Of a stretch of 64,000 bases of DNA, positions 1 through 9,714 are shown one piece after another (position 1 is the first letter of the stretch; every line of letters begins with the position of its first letter). The notes under the pieces were generated by a model. It was not told the DNA's origin and made no database searches. It saw nothing but the letters and a program-made list of their open reading frames with translations. The stretch is from assembly GCA_965220965.1 (NCBI GenBank), contig CBDCRI010000001.1, positions 293,532 to 357,531 of the forward strand, given 5' to 3'. The translations under genes and the position numbers were made by a program. Origin of the DNA: Candidatus Marinacidobacterium sp. Lineage in GTDB: Bacteria; Acidobacteriota; Vicinamibacteria; Marinacidobacterales; Marinacidobacteraceae.

Positions 1-2144
1 TCATGCGGGTGGCCGAGGTCGGCCAGCTGGCCCTTGTGGACCGCGCAGACCCAGGCCGCCCGGCGCAGGTCGCCAAGCGTCCAGGCGTCCTTGGCGGCGA
101 GCGCGCTGCCCGCCCCCACCGTGGCCCGGGAGAAGCCGGCGCCGTCCAGCCTCGAGACGCCGTCGCAGCGCGCCAGGAGGGCGCCGATGCGCGCCATGCC
201 CAGCGCCTGGGCGGCCGCCGGGGCCGGGAGCGGCGCCCGCTCCGGCGCCAGCGCCACCTTCACCGCCTCGGGGGCTGGCGCGTTCTCCCAGTCGATCGGC
301 GCGTCCATCGCCCGGTCGATGGCCTCCTGCTTGTCCACCAGCAGCCTGACGATGCGCTCGTCGAGCGAGCCCTGAAGCACGTAGTGGCGCACGTTGACCG
401 CGGCGTCCTGGCCGATGCGGTGGCAGCGGTCCTCGGCCTGGCTCAGGTCGGACGGGCGCCACGGCAGCTCGGCGAACACCACGTCGCTGGCCGCGGTCAG
501 GGTCAGCCCCACGCCGGCCGCCCCGATACTGCCGATGAAGGCGCGGCAGTCCGGGTCGCCCTGGAAGCGCTCCACCGCCGCCTGCCGGGCCTCGCGCCCG
601 TCGCGGCCGGTCAGCCTGGCGATGCCGTCGACGCCGTTGGCGCGCAGCGCCGCCTCGATGCGGTCAATGGCCACGTGGTGGTGGGCGAAGACCACCAGCT
701 TGGGCACGGACTCCAGCAGCCGCGCCGCCTCCTCGCCGACCAGGCGGGCCTTGCGCGCCCCGATGGCCTGCATGACGCGGGAGATCTTGCGGAAGGCGAC
801 GCCGCCGAGGCCCCCGCCGCCGTCGAGGGCCTCGGACAGGATGGCAAGGGAGCCCTCCCCGATCTCGGCGATGTCGGACTCAAGGGGCGCCAGCACGTCC
901 CCGTCGGCGCGCAGCGGGATGACCTGCCGGCGCTTGGCGGGCAGCTCCCTGAGCACGTCGGCCTTCAGCCGGCGGACCATGCACGTCGAGCGCAGGCGCT
1001 GCTGCAGCTCCTCCATGTTGCTGGCTCCCTGCGCGTTCCAGCCGTGCTCCGTCCGGTGCCCGGCGCAGTAGGCGCTGGTGAAGCCCGGGTAGCTGTCCCA
1101 GGTCCGCGGGTCGATGCGCTGCAGCAGCGGCCACAGCTCGACCGGGCGGTTGAGGATCGGCGTGCCGGTCATGAACAGGTCGCGCCGCGAGCGCAGGGCG
1201 AGCGCCGCCTTGGTGCGCTGCGCCCGAGGGTTCTTCAGGTAGTGGGCCTCGTCGAAGACGATCAGGTCCCACTCCTCCGCCGCAAGGCGCCCCTTCAGCC
1301 GCGTCAGCATGGAGTAGGTGGCGATCGCCGTCACCGGCCCGTCGGGGATGGGCGCCTTGGGCTCCACCAGGCAGGCCGGGGCGCCGTCCGCGCGCCACTT
1401 GCGCGCCTCCAGCCGCCAGTTCAGGGCCAGCGAGGCCGGCGCCACAACCAGGGCGCGGCTGACGTCGTCGGCGTTGTTGATCAGGCCGAGCGCCTGGATG
1501 GTCTTGCCGAGCCCCATCTCGTCGGCGAGCAGCACGCGCTCGCGCGCCATGCAGTAGCGGATGCCGGCGGCCTGGAAGGGCAGGTAGGCGAGGCCCTCGG
1601 GGGCCAGCAGCCCCTCGGCGTCGGCGGCCGTGGCCCGGCTGCGCTCGGACGCCTCCAGGTCCATGTGGGGGGTCCTCCACCAAGCGACCTCCTCGCGCCC
1701 TTGGTAGGCGCCCAGGGAGATGCCGGCCTTGCGCAGGGCGCGCCGCGTCTGCGGCGCCGACCACAGCGCCCGGAACGCATCGTCGGGGGCCGCCTTGCGC
1801 AGCTCGCGGGCGCCGCGCTTGGTGTGGACCGTGCGCGGCTCGCTCCAGTCGAGCAGCCCGTCCAGGCGCATCTCGTCCGGCTTGGCGATGCGCAACCCGT
1901 CGGGCAGCGGCTCGTCGGGGTCGGTCCACCAGCAGACCTCGTCGCGCTCTCCGGAGAGGCTGAAGCCGGCGGCCTTGAAGCGCTTGCGGCTCTGCAGCGC
2001 GCGCTCGAGGAAGGGTCCGTCGGGCGTGGCGGTGAGCAGGCGCCGGACGCCCTTGCGCGTGTGCACCTCCCGGGGCGCATCCCACTCCAGCATCCGCGCG
2101 AGCTCCCCCCGAAAGTCCTCCTCCCCCGCCATCGGCTCGTCCAT
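1..2144 (-). CDS. SNF2/Rad54-family helicase, C-terminus truncated at the window edge. The N-terminus carries two copies of a ~45-aa motif ([DE]W..PR.VHT[KR][KR]G.R.L).
   Basis: My own minus-strand translation from the ATG at 2144: GLGKTIQALG (motif I), VFDEAHYLKNP (DEAH box), FMTGTPILNRPVELW (motif III), VVFAHH..IGSIGAAGVGLTLTAASDVVFAELPWRPSDLSQAEDRCHRIGQ (motifs IV-VI). The frame is open to position 1. It is absent from the ORF track because no stop codon lies inside the window. Confidence 0.85.
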   Translation of the reverse strand, partial: MDEPMAGEEDFRGELARMLEWDAPREVHTRKGVRRLLTATPDGPFLERALQSRKRFKAAGFSLSGERDEVCWWTDPDEPLPDGLRIAKPDEMRLDGLLDWSEPRTVHTKRGARELRKAAPDDAFRALWSAPQTRRALRKAGISLGAYQGREEVAWWRTPHMDLEASERSRATAADAEGLLAPEGLAYLPFQAAGIRYCMARERVLLADEMGLGKTIQALGLINNADDVSRALVVAPASLALNWRLEARKWRADGAPACLVEPKAPIPDGPVTAIATYSMLTRLKGRLAAEEWDLIVFDEAHYLKNPRAQRTKAALALRSRRDLFMTGTPILNRPVELWPLLQRIDPRTWDSYPGFTSAYCAGHRTEHGWNAQGASNMEELQQRLRSTCMVRRLKADVLRELPAKRRQVIPLRADGDVLAPLESDIAEIGEGSLAILSEALDGGGGLGGVAFRKISRVMQAIGARKARLVGEEAARLLESVPKLVVFAHHHVAIDRIEAALRANGVDGIARLTGRDGREARQAAVERFQGDPDCRAFIGSIGAAGVGLTLTAASDVVFAELPWRPSDLSQAEDRCHRIGQDAAVNVRHYVLQGSLDERIVRLLVDKQEAIDRAMDAPIDWENAPAPEAVKVALAPERAPLPAPAAAQALGMARIGALLARCDGVSRLDGAGFSRATVGAGSALAAKDAWTLGDLRRAAWVCAVHKGQLADLGHPH

Positions 2145-2220
2145 GCCGCGCCTCCTCGCCAGCCTGGCCGCGTCCTTGGATTGTAGGATTCCGCCGCCGG
2201 CCGGCCCCGGCGCTTGGGGG

Positions 2221-3343
2221 TCAGGCGCCCAGAAGCAGTGGGGCGAGGTGGCCGACGGCGCCCAGAGCGGCGGCGACGGCCAGCAGGCCGCTGAGCGCGC
2301 GCCGCGCGAGGTCCCCGGCTCCGGCTGCCCGGGGCTGCGGGGGCAGGCCCGCCGCGGTCGCCCGGAAGGCCGGCGACAGCGCCTGCAGCTTGCACTCCGC
2401 CAGCGCCATGGCGCGCAGCCCCTCCGCCATGGCGCGGGCGCGGGCCGAGCGGGCCCGGCCGGAGGCGGCGACCAAGGCCCCGCCCAGGGCGGCCAGGGCC
2501 GCGTGCCCGGAGAGGCCCAGCCAGGACCGCACCGGATCGAAGGCGGCCGGGGCCGCGGCCCACAGGGCGAACTGGCCGGCGATGACGGCAAGCGCGCACA
2601 GGGCGCTCAGGGCGGACGTCCCCATGGCGGCCGCCTGCTCGCGGGCGCACGCGCCGCGGGCGGCCTCCGCGGCGGCGAGCAGGCCCTCCGAGCGGCTCCC
2701 GGCCTGGCCGCGCGCCGACTGGCGCAGCAGCGCCGCCTCGGCGGTGACGTGCCACACGTCGGTCTGCGACGGCGGCTGGCCGACGCCGGCCCCATGGGAG
2801 AGCACCGGCAGGAAGCCCAGCCGCTCGTGGAAGCGCGCCGACCTCAGGTTGGGCGGCTGGCTGACGACGGCCGCGAACACGTCGGCCGGCGGCGCGCCGC
2901 CCGGGCCCCGCTGCGCGGACCGGACGGAAAGCTCCCGGAAGAAGGCGTCGTACAGCGCCCTGCCGATGCCCCGTCCGGCCATGCCCCCGGCGACGCCGAC
3001 CTGCTTGACGACGTGGAAGGGCGGCGCGCCGCCGAACAGGGCCAGCAGGCGCCGCTCCGTGCTCTCGGGAGCGAAGCCGCCGGCGCGCTCGATGTGGTCG
3101 GACCGGTAGGCCAGGAGGAAGCCGACCGGCGGGCCGCCGTCGGCGTCAGTGCAGACCAGGAGGTCCACCCCCCCCCCCCGAAGGCGGGCCGCTGCGCTCC
3201 TGGAAGGCCCGGTAGCGCTCGACGCTGAAGTCGGAGACCAGGAAGCCGGTCTCGCCGTCGGACGTGTCGCGGTGGGCGCGCGACAGGTCGAAGACGGCCC
3301 CCACGTCATCCGCGGCGGCATGGCGGACGGTCCATCCGGTCAT
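2221..3343 (-). pseudogene. GNAT-family N-acetyltransferase interrupted by a frameshift inside a 12-nt homopolymeric C (coding-strand G) tract. It has a hydrophobic C-terminal extension.
   Basis: ORF 3343-3146 encodes MTGWTVRHAAADDVGAVFDLS...ERSGPPSGGGGG. ORF 3321-2221 continues ...GGGVDLLVCTDADGGPPVGFLLAYRSD...VKQVGVAGGMAGRGIGRALYDAFF (GNAT motif A). The two frames join with a +/-1 change at the poly-C run 3168-3179. Confidence 0.6.
3168..3179. repeat. Homopolymeric C12/G12 tract inside the GNAT coding sequence.
   Basis: Read directly from the sequence: aggtccacccccccccccccgaagg. Confidence 0.9.
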
Positions 3344-3695
3344 TTCAAGCCCCTTGGCGGCAAAGCCCCAACGCGTCGGGGGAGATGGTACGCCACGGCG
3401 GCGGAGGCTTTCACCCCCCTTCCGGGCGCACGCTCAAGCCGCGGGCGGCGGGCTTGGGCGGAGCGGGCCAAGCCGGAGCTCCGGGCTTCGAAGGGCCAAA
3501 GAGGCTATAGTTGGCCACACCCCCGCGGATAGGCCCAGGATGCGCGCAAGAGCGAGGAAAAGGACGCATGCGGTCCCAGCCCGCAGGCCTGGCGCCCCCC
3601 TGCCCCGCCCCGGGCTTGGCGCATCCGCTTGGCTGCGGCGTCCGGCGCAGCCTTGAGACGGTTTTCAGAAGCCGTCCCCATTCCAGGGCCTGCCG

Positions 3696-6600
3696 ATGCG
3701 CTGCATTGCCATTGACCTCGAGGTCAAGTCAGACCGCATCGCCGAGCTCGCCGGGGTCGATGCGCGGTCCGGCGAGGCGTTGAAGCTTTCCTGCGAAGGC
3801 CGGACGGGCCGCAACCTGCGCGACGCCCTGGCGCAGCTCGACGAGTTCGCCCGGCCCGGCGACTGCCTCGTGGGCCACAACCTGATCGACTTCGACCTGC
3901 CGCACCTGGCCGCCGCCGCACCCGAGCTGGACCTGCTGCGCATGCCCGTTGTGGACACCTTGCGCCTCAACCCCTTGGCCTTCCCGGCCAATCCCTACCA
4001 CAAGCTCGTCAAGCTCTACCAGGACGGCCGCTGGGTTCGGGGACAGACCAACGACCCGGAACAGGACTCCCGGCTTGCCCTGAAGCTCCTTGAGTCGCAG
4101 CGCGGCGCCCTGCAGGGCGCCGAGCCGGACCTGCTCGCCGCTTGGCATTGGCTGACCGGCGGATCGGCATCCGGCCTCGGATTCGACGCCTTCTTCGCGC
4201 AGTTGCGAGGCAGCCCCCGCCCGCCAGCCGACGAGGCCCGCGCCGCCATGGACCGGCGCCTTTCGGGCAGGGTCTGCCGCGCGCAGGGGCGCTCGCTCCC
4301 CGTCGGCGGGGAGGACGGCTGGCCGCTGGCCTACGCGCTGGCCTGGCTCTCCGTGGCCGAAGGCAACTCGGTCCTGCCAGGCTGGGTGCGCCACCGGTTC
4401 CCCGCCGCCGGACGGCTGATTCGGCGGCTGCGCGACCGTCCCTGCGCGGATGCGCGCTGCGCGTGGTGCCGCGAACGCCACGACGCCGCCAAGGAGCTGA
4501 AGCGCTGGTTCGGCTTCGACGGCTACCGCACGGCGCCGGCCACGCCCGACGGCGCTTCCATGCAGCGCGCGGTCGTCGAACGGGCGATGGCCGGCGGGCC
4601 GGTGCTGGCCATCCTGCCCACCGGCGCCGGCAAGTCGATCTGCTACCAAGTCCCGGCGCTGTCGCGCCACGCCAAGACCGGCGCGCTCACCGTGGTGATC
4701 TCGCCCCTGGTGGCCCTCATGGCCGACCAGGTGGCGGGGCTTGAGGCGCGGGGCATCAGCAGCTGCGTCACCGTCAACGGCATGCTGACGCCGCCGGAAC
4801 GGGCCGACGCCCTGGACCGAGTGCGCCTGGGCGACGCCGCGATCCTGCTGACCTCGCCGGAGCAGCTGCGCAACGAGTCGCTGCGCAAGGCGCTTGGGCA
4901 GCGCGAGATTGGCGCCTGGGTGCTCGACGAGGCGCACTGCCTGTCCGCCTGGGGCCACGACTTTCGCCCCGACTACCGTTTCGTGGGCCGCTTCATTGGC
5001 GAGCGCCGCAGCGCCCAAGGCGCGGCGGATCCGCCCCCGCCGGTGACCTGCCTCACCGCCACGGCCCGGCCGGAGGTCGTGGCCGGCATTCAGGAGCACT
5101 TCCGCGAAACGCTGGGCATGGAGTTCACCGTGTTCAACGGCGGCTCCGAGCGCGACAACCTCGAGTTCGAGGTGCGCCGGACGGACTCGGCCCACAAGCT
5201 CGACGACATCCACGAAGCGTTGACGGCGGAGCTGCCGGTCGGGCAACCCGGCGGAGCGATCGTCTACTGCGCCACCCGCCGCCGGTGCGAGGACGTGGCC
5301 GAGCACCTGCGGCGCAAGGGCGCGGATTGCGAGCACTTTCATGCCGGCCTCGCGCCGGAAGCCAAGAAGCGCATCCAGCAGCGGTTCATCGACGGCGAGG
5401 TGCGCGTGATTGCCGCCACCAACGCCTTCGGCATGGGCATCGACAAGCCCGACGTGCGCCTGGTGGTGCACGCCGACATCCCCGGGTCGCTGGAGAACTA
5501 CCTGCAGGAGGCGGGCCGGGCGGGCCGCGACCGGAAGCGCGCGCGCTGCGTGCTGCTCCACGCCGCCGACGACCTCGAGCGGCAGTTCGGGATGTCAGCC
5601 CGGTCCCGCCTCAGCCGCCGCGAAATCCAGGGCGTCCTCAAGGCGTTGCGTCGCGTCGGCGACCGGCAGCGAGACCCCGTGGTCGTGGCCACCCCCGGGG
5701 AGATTCTGGTGGACGATGAGGACGGGGCCTTCGAGCGCGACAGCGCCACGGACGACACCCGGGTGAGGACCGCGGTGTCCTGGCTGGAGGAGGCGGCGCT
5801 CCTGCGCCGGGAGGAGAACCGGGTGAAGGTGTTTCCGTCGTCGTTGCGGGTGCGCTCGGCGGACGAGGCGAAGCGCAGGCTCGATGCGAAGGCAGGCCTC
5901 ACCCAAAGCCGCCGCGATGCCCTGCTGCGCATCGTGCGGGCGCTGATTGCCGCGGACCCGGACGAGGGCGTCTCCACCGACGAGCTGATGGGCATTGCGC
6001 GGCTGGACTCCCCCGGCGTTCGCAACGGCCTGCATGACCTGGAGCACTTCGGCTTGGTCGCCAACGACATGGCCTTGACCGCGTACGTCCATGTGGCCAT
6101 GAAGGAGTCATCCCAACGACGGCTGAAGCGGGCCTGCGAACTGGAGGCGGCGCTGATCGCGCTGATGCGGGAGCAGTCCCCGGACCTCGCCAAGGGGGAG
6201 GCCCAGGACCTGCACCTGCGCGTCGCCGCGCAACGGCTGAGGAACGGCGGCCTCGCCCAAACGCCGCCCGATCGGCTGTCGCGCATCCTGCGCAGCCTCG
6301 AACGGGACGGGCGCGGCGATGAGCGGGCTGAGGAGGGGTCCGGGGGCAGCATCAAGCTGCACCGCCCGAACCGCGAACTGGCCCGAATCACGCTGCTTCG
6401 GTCATGGCGCGCCCTGGCCCGCACTGCGGAACGGCGCCGCGACGCGGCCGGCCTGCTGCTCGACCACTTGCTGGCCGCCCTGCCCAAGGGCGCCCGGGGC
6501 GCCGACCAGCTGGCGGAGACCACCCTTGGCAAGCTGCGGCAGGCGCTGGCCGAGGACATGGTGCTGAACGTCGAGGCCGGGAACTTGGGCAAGCTGCTCG

Positions 6601-8903
6601 ACCGAGCCCTGCTCTGGCTGCATGAGCAGGAGGTCATCCGGCTCAATCGGGGGCTCACGGTGTTCCAGCCCGCCATGACCGTCCGCCTTGAGGGCCGGCC
6701 CGGAACGGGCGCCCGCCGCCGGCAGTTCGGGCCCGCGGACTTCGAGCCTTTGGCGCTCCACTACCAGGAGCAGGTGCGGCAGACGCACATCATGGCGGAG
6801 TTCGCGGCCCGCGGCCTGCAGGCCCCCGCCGACGCGCTGCGCCTGGCGAGGGACTACTTCGGGCTGGAGCGCGGCGCCTTCCTCGACCGCTGGCTGCCCA
6901 ATCGCGGTTCAGGGATCAAGCGCGAGACCACCCCGGACAGCTGGACGGCAATCGTTGGCGGCTTGAGCCCGAATCAGCGAGAGATCGTTGCCGACCCCCG
7001 GGAGCGCGCCGACGTGCTGGTGCTGGCGGGCCCGGGCGCCGGCAAGACCCGCGTGCTGGCGCATCGGATCGCCTACCTGCTGCGGGTTCGGCGCGAACGG
7101 CCCCAAGGCATCCTCGCCCTCGCCTACAACCGGCACGCCGCCGTTGAGATTCGGCGACGGATTGAGGGGCTGGTTGGGTCGGACGCCAAGGGCGTCACGG
7201 TGATGACCTGCCACGCCATGGCCATGCGCCTTGCGGGCGCCAGCTTTGCGGCCATGCAGCGCACCGACGCCGGGGATGCGCGGAACGCGTTCAGGAAGGT
7301 GCTGCGCGAGGCCACCGCGCTGCTGCAGGGCGAGGGGCTGCCGCCGGACGAGGCCGACGCCCAGCGCGACCGCCTGCTGGCCGGGTTCCGACACATCCTG
7401 GTGGACGAGTACCAGGACCTCGACGGGGACCAGTATGAGTTGATCGCCGCCATGGCAGGACGGACCCGCAACGACCCGGACAGCAAGCTTGCGCTGTTCG
7501 CCGTCGGCGACGACGACCAGAACGTGTACGGCTTCATGGGCGCCTCGGTGAAGTTCATCCAGCGCTTCAAAGAGGACTACGACGCCGAGCCCGTCTACCT
7601 GACCGAGAACTACCGCTCAACCGCCCACATCATCGACGCGGCCAACGCCTTGATCGCGCCCGCCGAGCACCGGATGAAGCGGGAGCGCCCCATCGAGGTG
7701 GACCGCAAGCGGCGCAAGGCGGTGCCGGGCGGCACGTGGGCATCCTGGGACCCGGTCGGCCAAGGCCGGGTGCAGATCATCCCGGCGGGGGGCGACGACC
7801 GGACCCAAGCCCAAGCGGCCATTGCCGAGCTGACGCGCCTGCAGGGCCTGGCGGCCCCACGGAACGCCTGGGACTGGCGCAACTGCGCGGTGATAGCCCG
7901 ACGATGGCAAACCCTGGAGCCGGTGCGGAGCCTGTGCGAACTCAAAGGCATCCCCGCACAGATGGCCTCCGAGGAGACGGGCTACTTCTGGCGGCTTCGG
8001 GAAACCCGCGCGCTGCGCGATTGGCTGGCGGAGCGCGCCGGCGGCTTGGTGACGGCCGGCATGCTGGAGGACTGGGCGGACGCCCAGCACGCCAGCGGCT
8101 GGATGGATGCGCTGCTTGAGGCCGTGGCGGCGTTTCGAGCCGAACACGGCGCTGCGGAATGCGCCTTGGAGGCCTTTCTGGAATGGCTGGCCGAGTGGGG
8201 TCGGGACTTCCGGCGCGCCCAACGGGGCTTGCTGCTGGTCACGGCGCACAGCGCCAAGGGGCTGGAATTCGACCACGTCGTCATTCTCGACGACCAATGG
8301 CGCGTGAGCGAGCGCGATGAGGACCCCGACGCCTGGCGGCGCCTGCACTACGTGGCCATGACCCGAGCCAAGCAAACGCTGGCGTTGGCAAGCCTCGACC
8401 GGGAGGGCCGCGCGCGCCGCCACGGCAATCCGCAGCCGCGCCAGCCGCGTGCCACGCCGGCAGTCCCTTTGGAACTGCGCGACCGGGCTTGCGCACTGCT
8501 TCGCCCGGCGGCGGAACTCCCGCCGCCACCGCCCGAGCTGGGCCGCATCCGCGAGGCGCTGACCCTGGCGGACGTGAACCTGGGCTTTCCCGGCCGGCAC
8601 GTCCCCAGCCACGCAATCCACGGCGCCATTCGCCGGCTGCGGCAGCATGACCCGCTAGACGTCCTCACCGACCGCAGCCCTTGGGAACTGGCCACCAAGG
8701 CGGGACAGGTCATCGGCCGGCTGGCCAAGCAGTACGAGCCAAAGGGGCAAGTTCAATCGGCCCGGGTCCACGCGGTGGTCGGCTGGGGGCGAGACGACAG
8801 CGCGCCCGAATTCCAGGAGGGCCTGCCATGCGACGAGTGGGAGGTGGTGGTCCCCGAGCTGGTGTTCGATTCGACAACTGGCGATGGGGCGCAAGGGCGC
8901 TAG
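3696..8903 (+). CDS. Giant fusion protein: N-terminal DEDD(h) 3'-5' exonuclease, central RecQ-family SF2 helicase, C-terminal UvrD/Rep-like SF1 helicase.
   Basis: Exonuclease motifs IAIDLEV...LVGHNLIDFDLPHL. RecQ motifs ILPTGAGKSICYQ, VLDEAHCLSAWGHDFRPDY, VTCLTATA, VIAATNAFGMGIDKPDVRLVVH, QEAGRAGRD. UvrD motifs VLAGPGAGKTRVLAHRIAYLL, ILVDEYQDLD, TENYRSTAHIIDAAN, LLLVTAHSAKGLEFDHVVIL, VAMTRAKQTL. Confidence 0.85.
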   Translation: MRCIAIDLEVKSDRIAELAGVDARSGEALKLSCEGRTGRNLRDALAQLDEFARPGDCLVGHNLIDFDLPHLAAAAPELDLLRMPVVDTLRLNPLAFPANPYHKLVKLYQDGRWVRGQTNDPEQDSRLALKLLESQRGALQGAEPDLLAAWHWLTGGSASGLGFDAFFAQLRGSPRPPADEARAAMDRRLSGRVCRAQGRSLPVGGEDGWPLAYALAWLSVAEGNSVLPGWVRHRFPAAGRLIRRLRDRPCADARCAWCRERHDAAKELKRWFGFDGYRTAPATPDGASMQRAVVERAMAGGPVLAILPTGAGKSICYQVPALSRHAKTGALTVVISPLVALMADQVAGLEARGISSCVTVNGMLTPPERADALDRVRLGDAAILLTSPEQLRNESLRKALGQREIGAWVLDEAHCLSAWGHDFRPDYRFVGRFIGERRSAQGAADPPPPVTCLTATARPEVVAGIQEHFRETLGMEFTVFNGGSERDNLEFEVRRTDSAHKLDDIHEALTAELPVGQPGGAIVYCATRRRCEDVAEHLRRKGADCEHFHAGLAPEAKKRIQQRFIDGEVRVIAATNAFGMGIDKPDVRLVVHADIPGSLENYLQEAGRAGRDRKRARCVLLHAADDLERQFGMSARSRLSRREIQGVLKALRRVGDRQRDPVVVATPGEILVDDEDGAFERDSATDDTRVRTAVSWLEEAALLRREENRVKVFPSSLRVRSADEAKRRLDAKAGLTQSRRDALLRIVRALIAADPDEGVSTDELMGIARLDSPGVRNGLHDLEHFGLVANDMALTAYVHVAMKESSQRRLKRACELEAALIALMREQSPDLAKGEAQDLHLRVAAQRLRNGGLAQTPPDRLSRILRSLERDGRGDERAEEGSGGSIKLHRPNRELARITLLRSWRALARTAERRRDAAGLLLDHLLAALPKGARGADQLAETTLGKLRQALAEDMVLNVEAGNLGKLLDRALLWLHEQEVIRLNRGLTVFQPAMTVRLEGRPGTGARRRQFGPADFEPLALHYQEQVRQTHIMAEFAARGLQAPADALRLARDYFGLERGAFLDRWLPNRGSGIKRETTPDSWTAIVGGLSPNQREIVADPRERADVLVLAGPGAGKTRVLAHRIAYLLRVRRERPQGILALAYNRHAAVEIRRRIEGLVGSDAKGVTVMTCHAMAMRLAGASFAAMQRTDAGDARNAFRKVLREATALLQGEGLPPDEADAQRDRLLAGFRHILVDEYQDLDGDQYELIAAMAGRTRNDPDSKLALFAVGDDDQNVYGFMGASVKFIQRFKEDYDAEPVYLTENYRSTAHIIDAANALIAPAEHRMKRERPIEVDRKRRKAVPGGTWASWDPVGQGRVQIIPAGGDDRTQAQAAIAELTRLQGLAAPRNAWDWRNCAVIARRWQTLEPVRSLCELKGIPAQMASEETGYFWRLRETRALRDWLAERAGGLVTAGMLEDWADAQHASGWMDALLEAVAAFRAEHGAAECALEAFLEWLAEWGRDFRRAQRGLLLVTAHSAKGLEFDHVVILDDQWRVSERDEDPDAWRRLHYVAMTRAKQTLALASLDREGRARRHGNPQPRQPRATPAVPLELRDRACALLRPAAELPPPPPELGRIREALTLADVNLGFPGRHVPSHAIHGAIRRLRQHDPLDVLTDRSPWELATKAGQVIGRLAKQYEPKGQVQSARVHAVVGWGRDDSAPEFQEGLPCDEWEVVVPELVFDSTTGDGAQGR

Positions 8904-9138
8904 AGGCAGACCGGAAGCCGCGCCAACAAGCGCATCACCGCCCTTCGAGGAAAGGGCGCCCGGCGCCGAGTCCACCGGGCTCCCGATTCCGTCCGCTTGG
9001 CGACGCCGCCCTCGCCCAAGCGGAGCCTCCGAGCAGGACGGGGCGAGCAATGCGCCCACGAAGGGGAAGGCGCTGCAAGTTGCCCAAAACCGTGCTTTAG
9101 CGTTAAGCTTTTGGCTCGTTCGAACCGAGGCCTGCCTC

Positions 9139-9714
9139 ATGCGACTTCGCGATGCCGTTCGCGTCCTGGTCCTCGGCAAGGGGCGCCAAAGGCAGATATT
9201 GACCTCCAGCGACCTAGCCTGCCTCTTCCCTGAGGACTCTCCAGCGGCTCTCGCAAGGGGCGTTCGGTCGCTGGTTGACGTGGGGTTGCTGTCGCGGGTG
9301 ACGCACGGCGTTTACGTGAACTGCGCCGCTGCGCCGATGGGGTTGGAGGCCCCCGGCCGCCTTGTGGCGCACATCCGCCCCCACGACGTCAGCTACCTGT
9401 CCTACGAGTCCGCCTTGAGTTGGCATGGGGCGATCAATCCCATCCCGCACGTGGAGACGTTCGCCACCACGGGCCGTAGCGGTCGATTCAAAACCCTGGT
9501 CGCGCACTTGGAGCTGACGCACACCAGGCGCACGCCAAAGGAGATATTCGCCCGGACGCTCTTCAGGAAGGACTTGCGCTGCCGGGTTGCGTCGCCCGAC
9601 CTGGCCCTTGAGGACCAGCGCCGCGTCCGTCCCTACATGATCGGATGCCACGTCGAGGAGGTCTATCTGAGCGAAGCGCGCGCCGACTGGCGGGAGATGG
9701 GAGGCCCTCATTGA
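9139..9714 (+). CDS. AbiEi-like antitoxin/transcriptional regulator (type IV toxin-antitoxin).
   Basis: ~190 aa with LSRVTHGVYV and YLSYESALSWHG signatures. An AT-richer promoter region lies upstream. Its stop overlaps the ATG of the downstream AbiEii gene (ATGA at 9711-9716). Confidence 0.7.
   Translation: MRLRDAVRVLVLGKGRQRQILTSSDLACLFPEDSPAALARGVRSLVDVGLLSRVTHGVYVNCAAAPMGLEAPGRLVAHIRPHDVSYLSYESALSWHGAINPIPHVETFATTGRSGRFKTLVAHLELTHTRRTPKEIFARTLFRKDLRCRVASPDLALEDQRRVRPYMIGCHVEEVYLSEARADWREMGGPH

Noticed and set aside
3-2186. A 727-aa plus-strand ORF covering the SNF2 region.
   Set aside because: It is an antisense in-phase frame kept open by high GC3 of the real minus-strand SNF2 gene. Its translation has no motifs and an antisense-like composition (rich in LQ, VV, GR).
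8884-9138. A possible longer AbiEi start at 8884 (MGRKGARG...).
   Set aside because: The first 85 codons overlap the upstream gene's end and a promoter-like AT-rich stretch (TTGCCCAAAACCGTGCTTTAGCGTTAAGC) and lack coding character. The ATG at 9139 gives a typical ~190-aa AbiEi.
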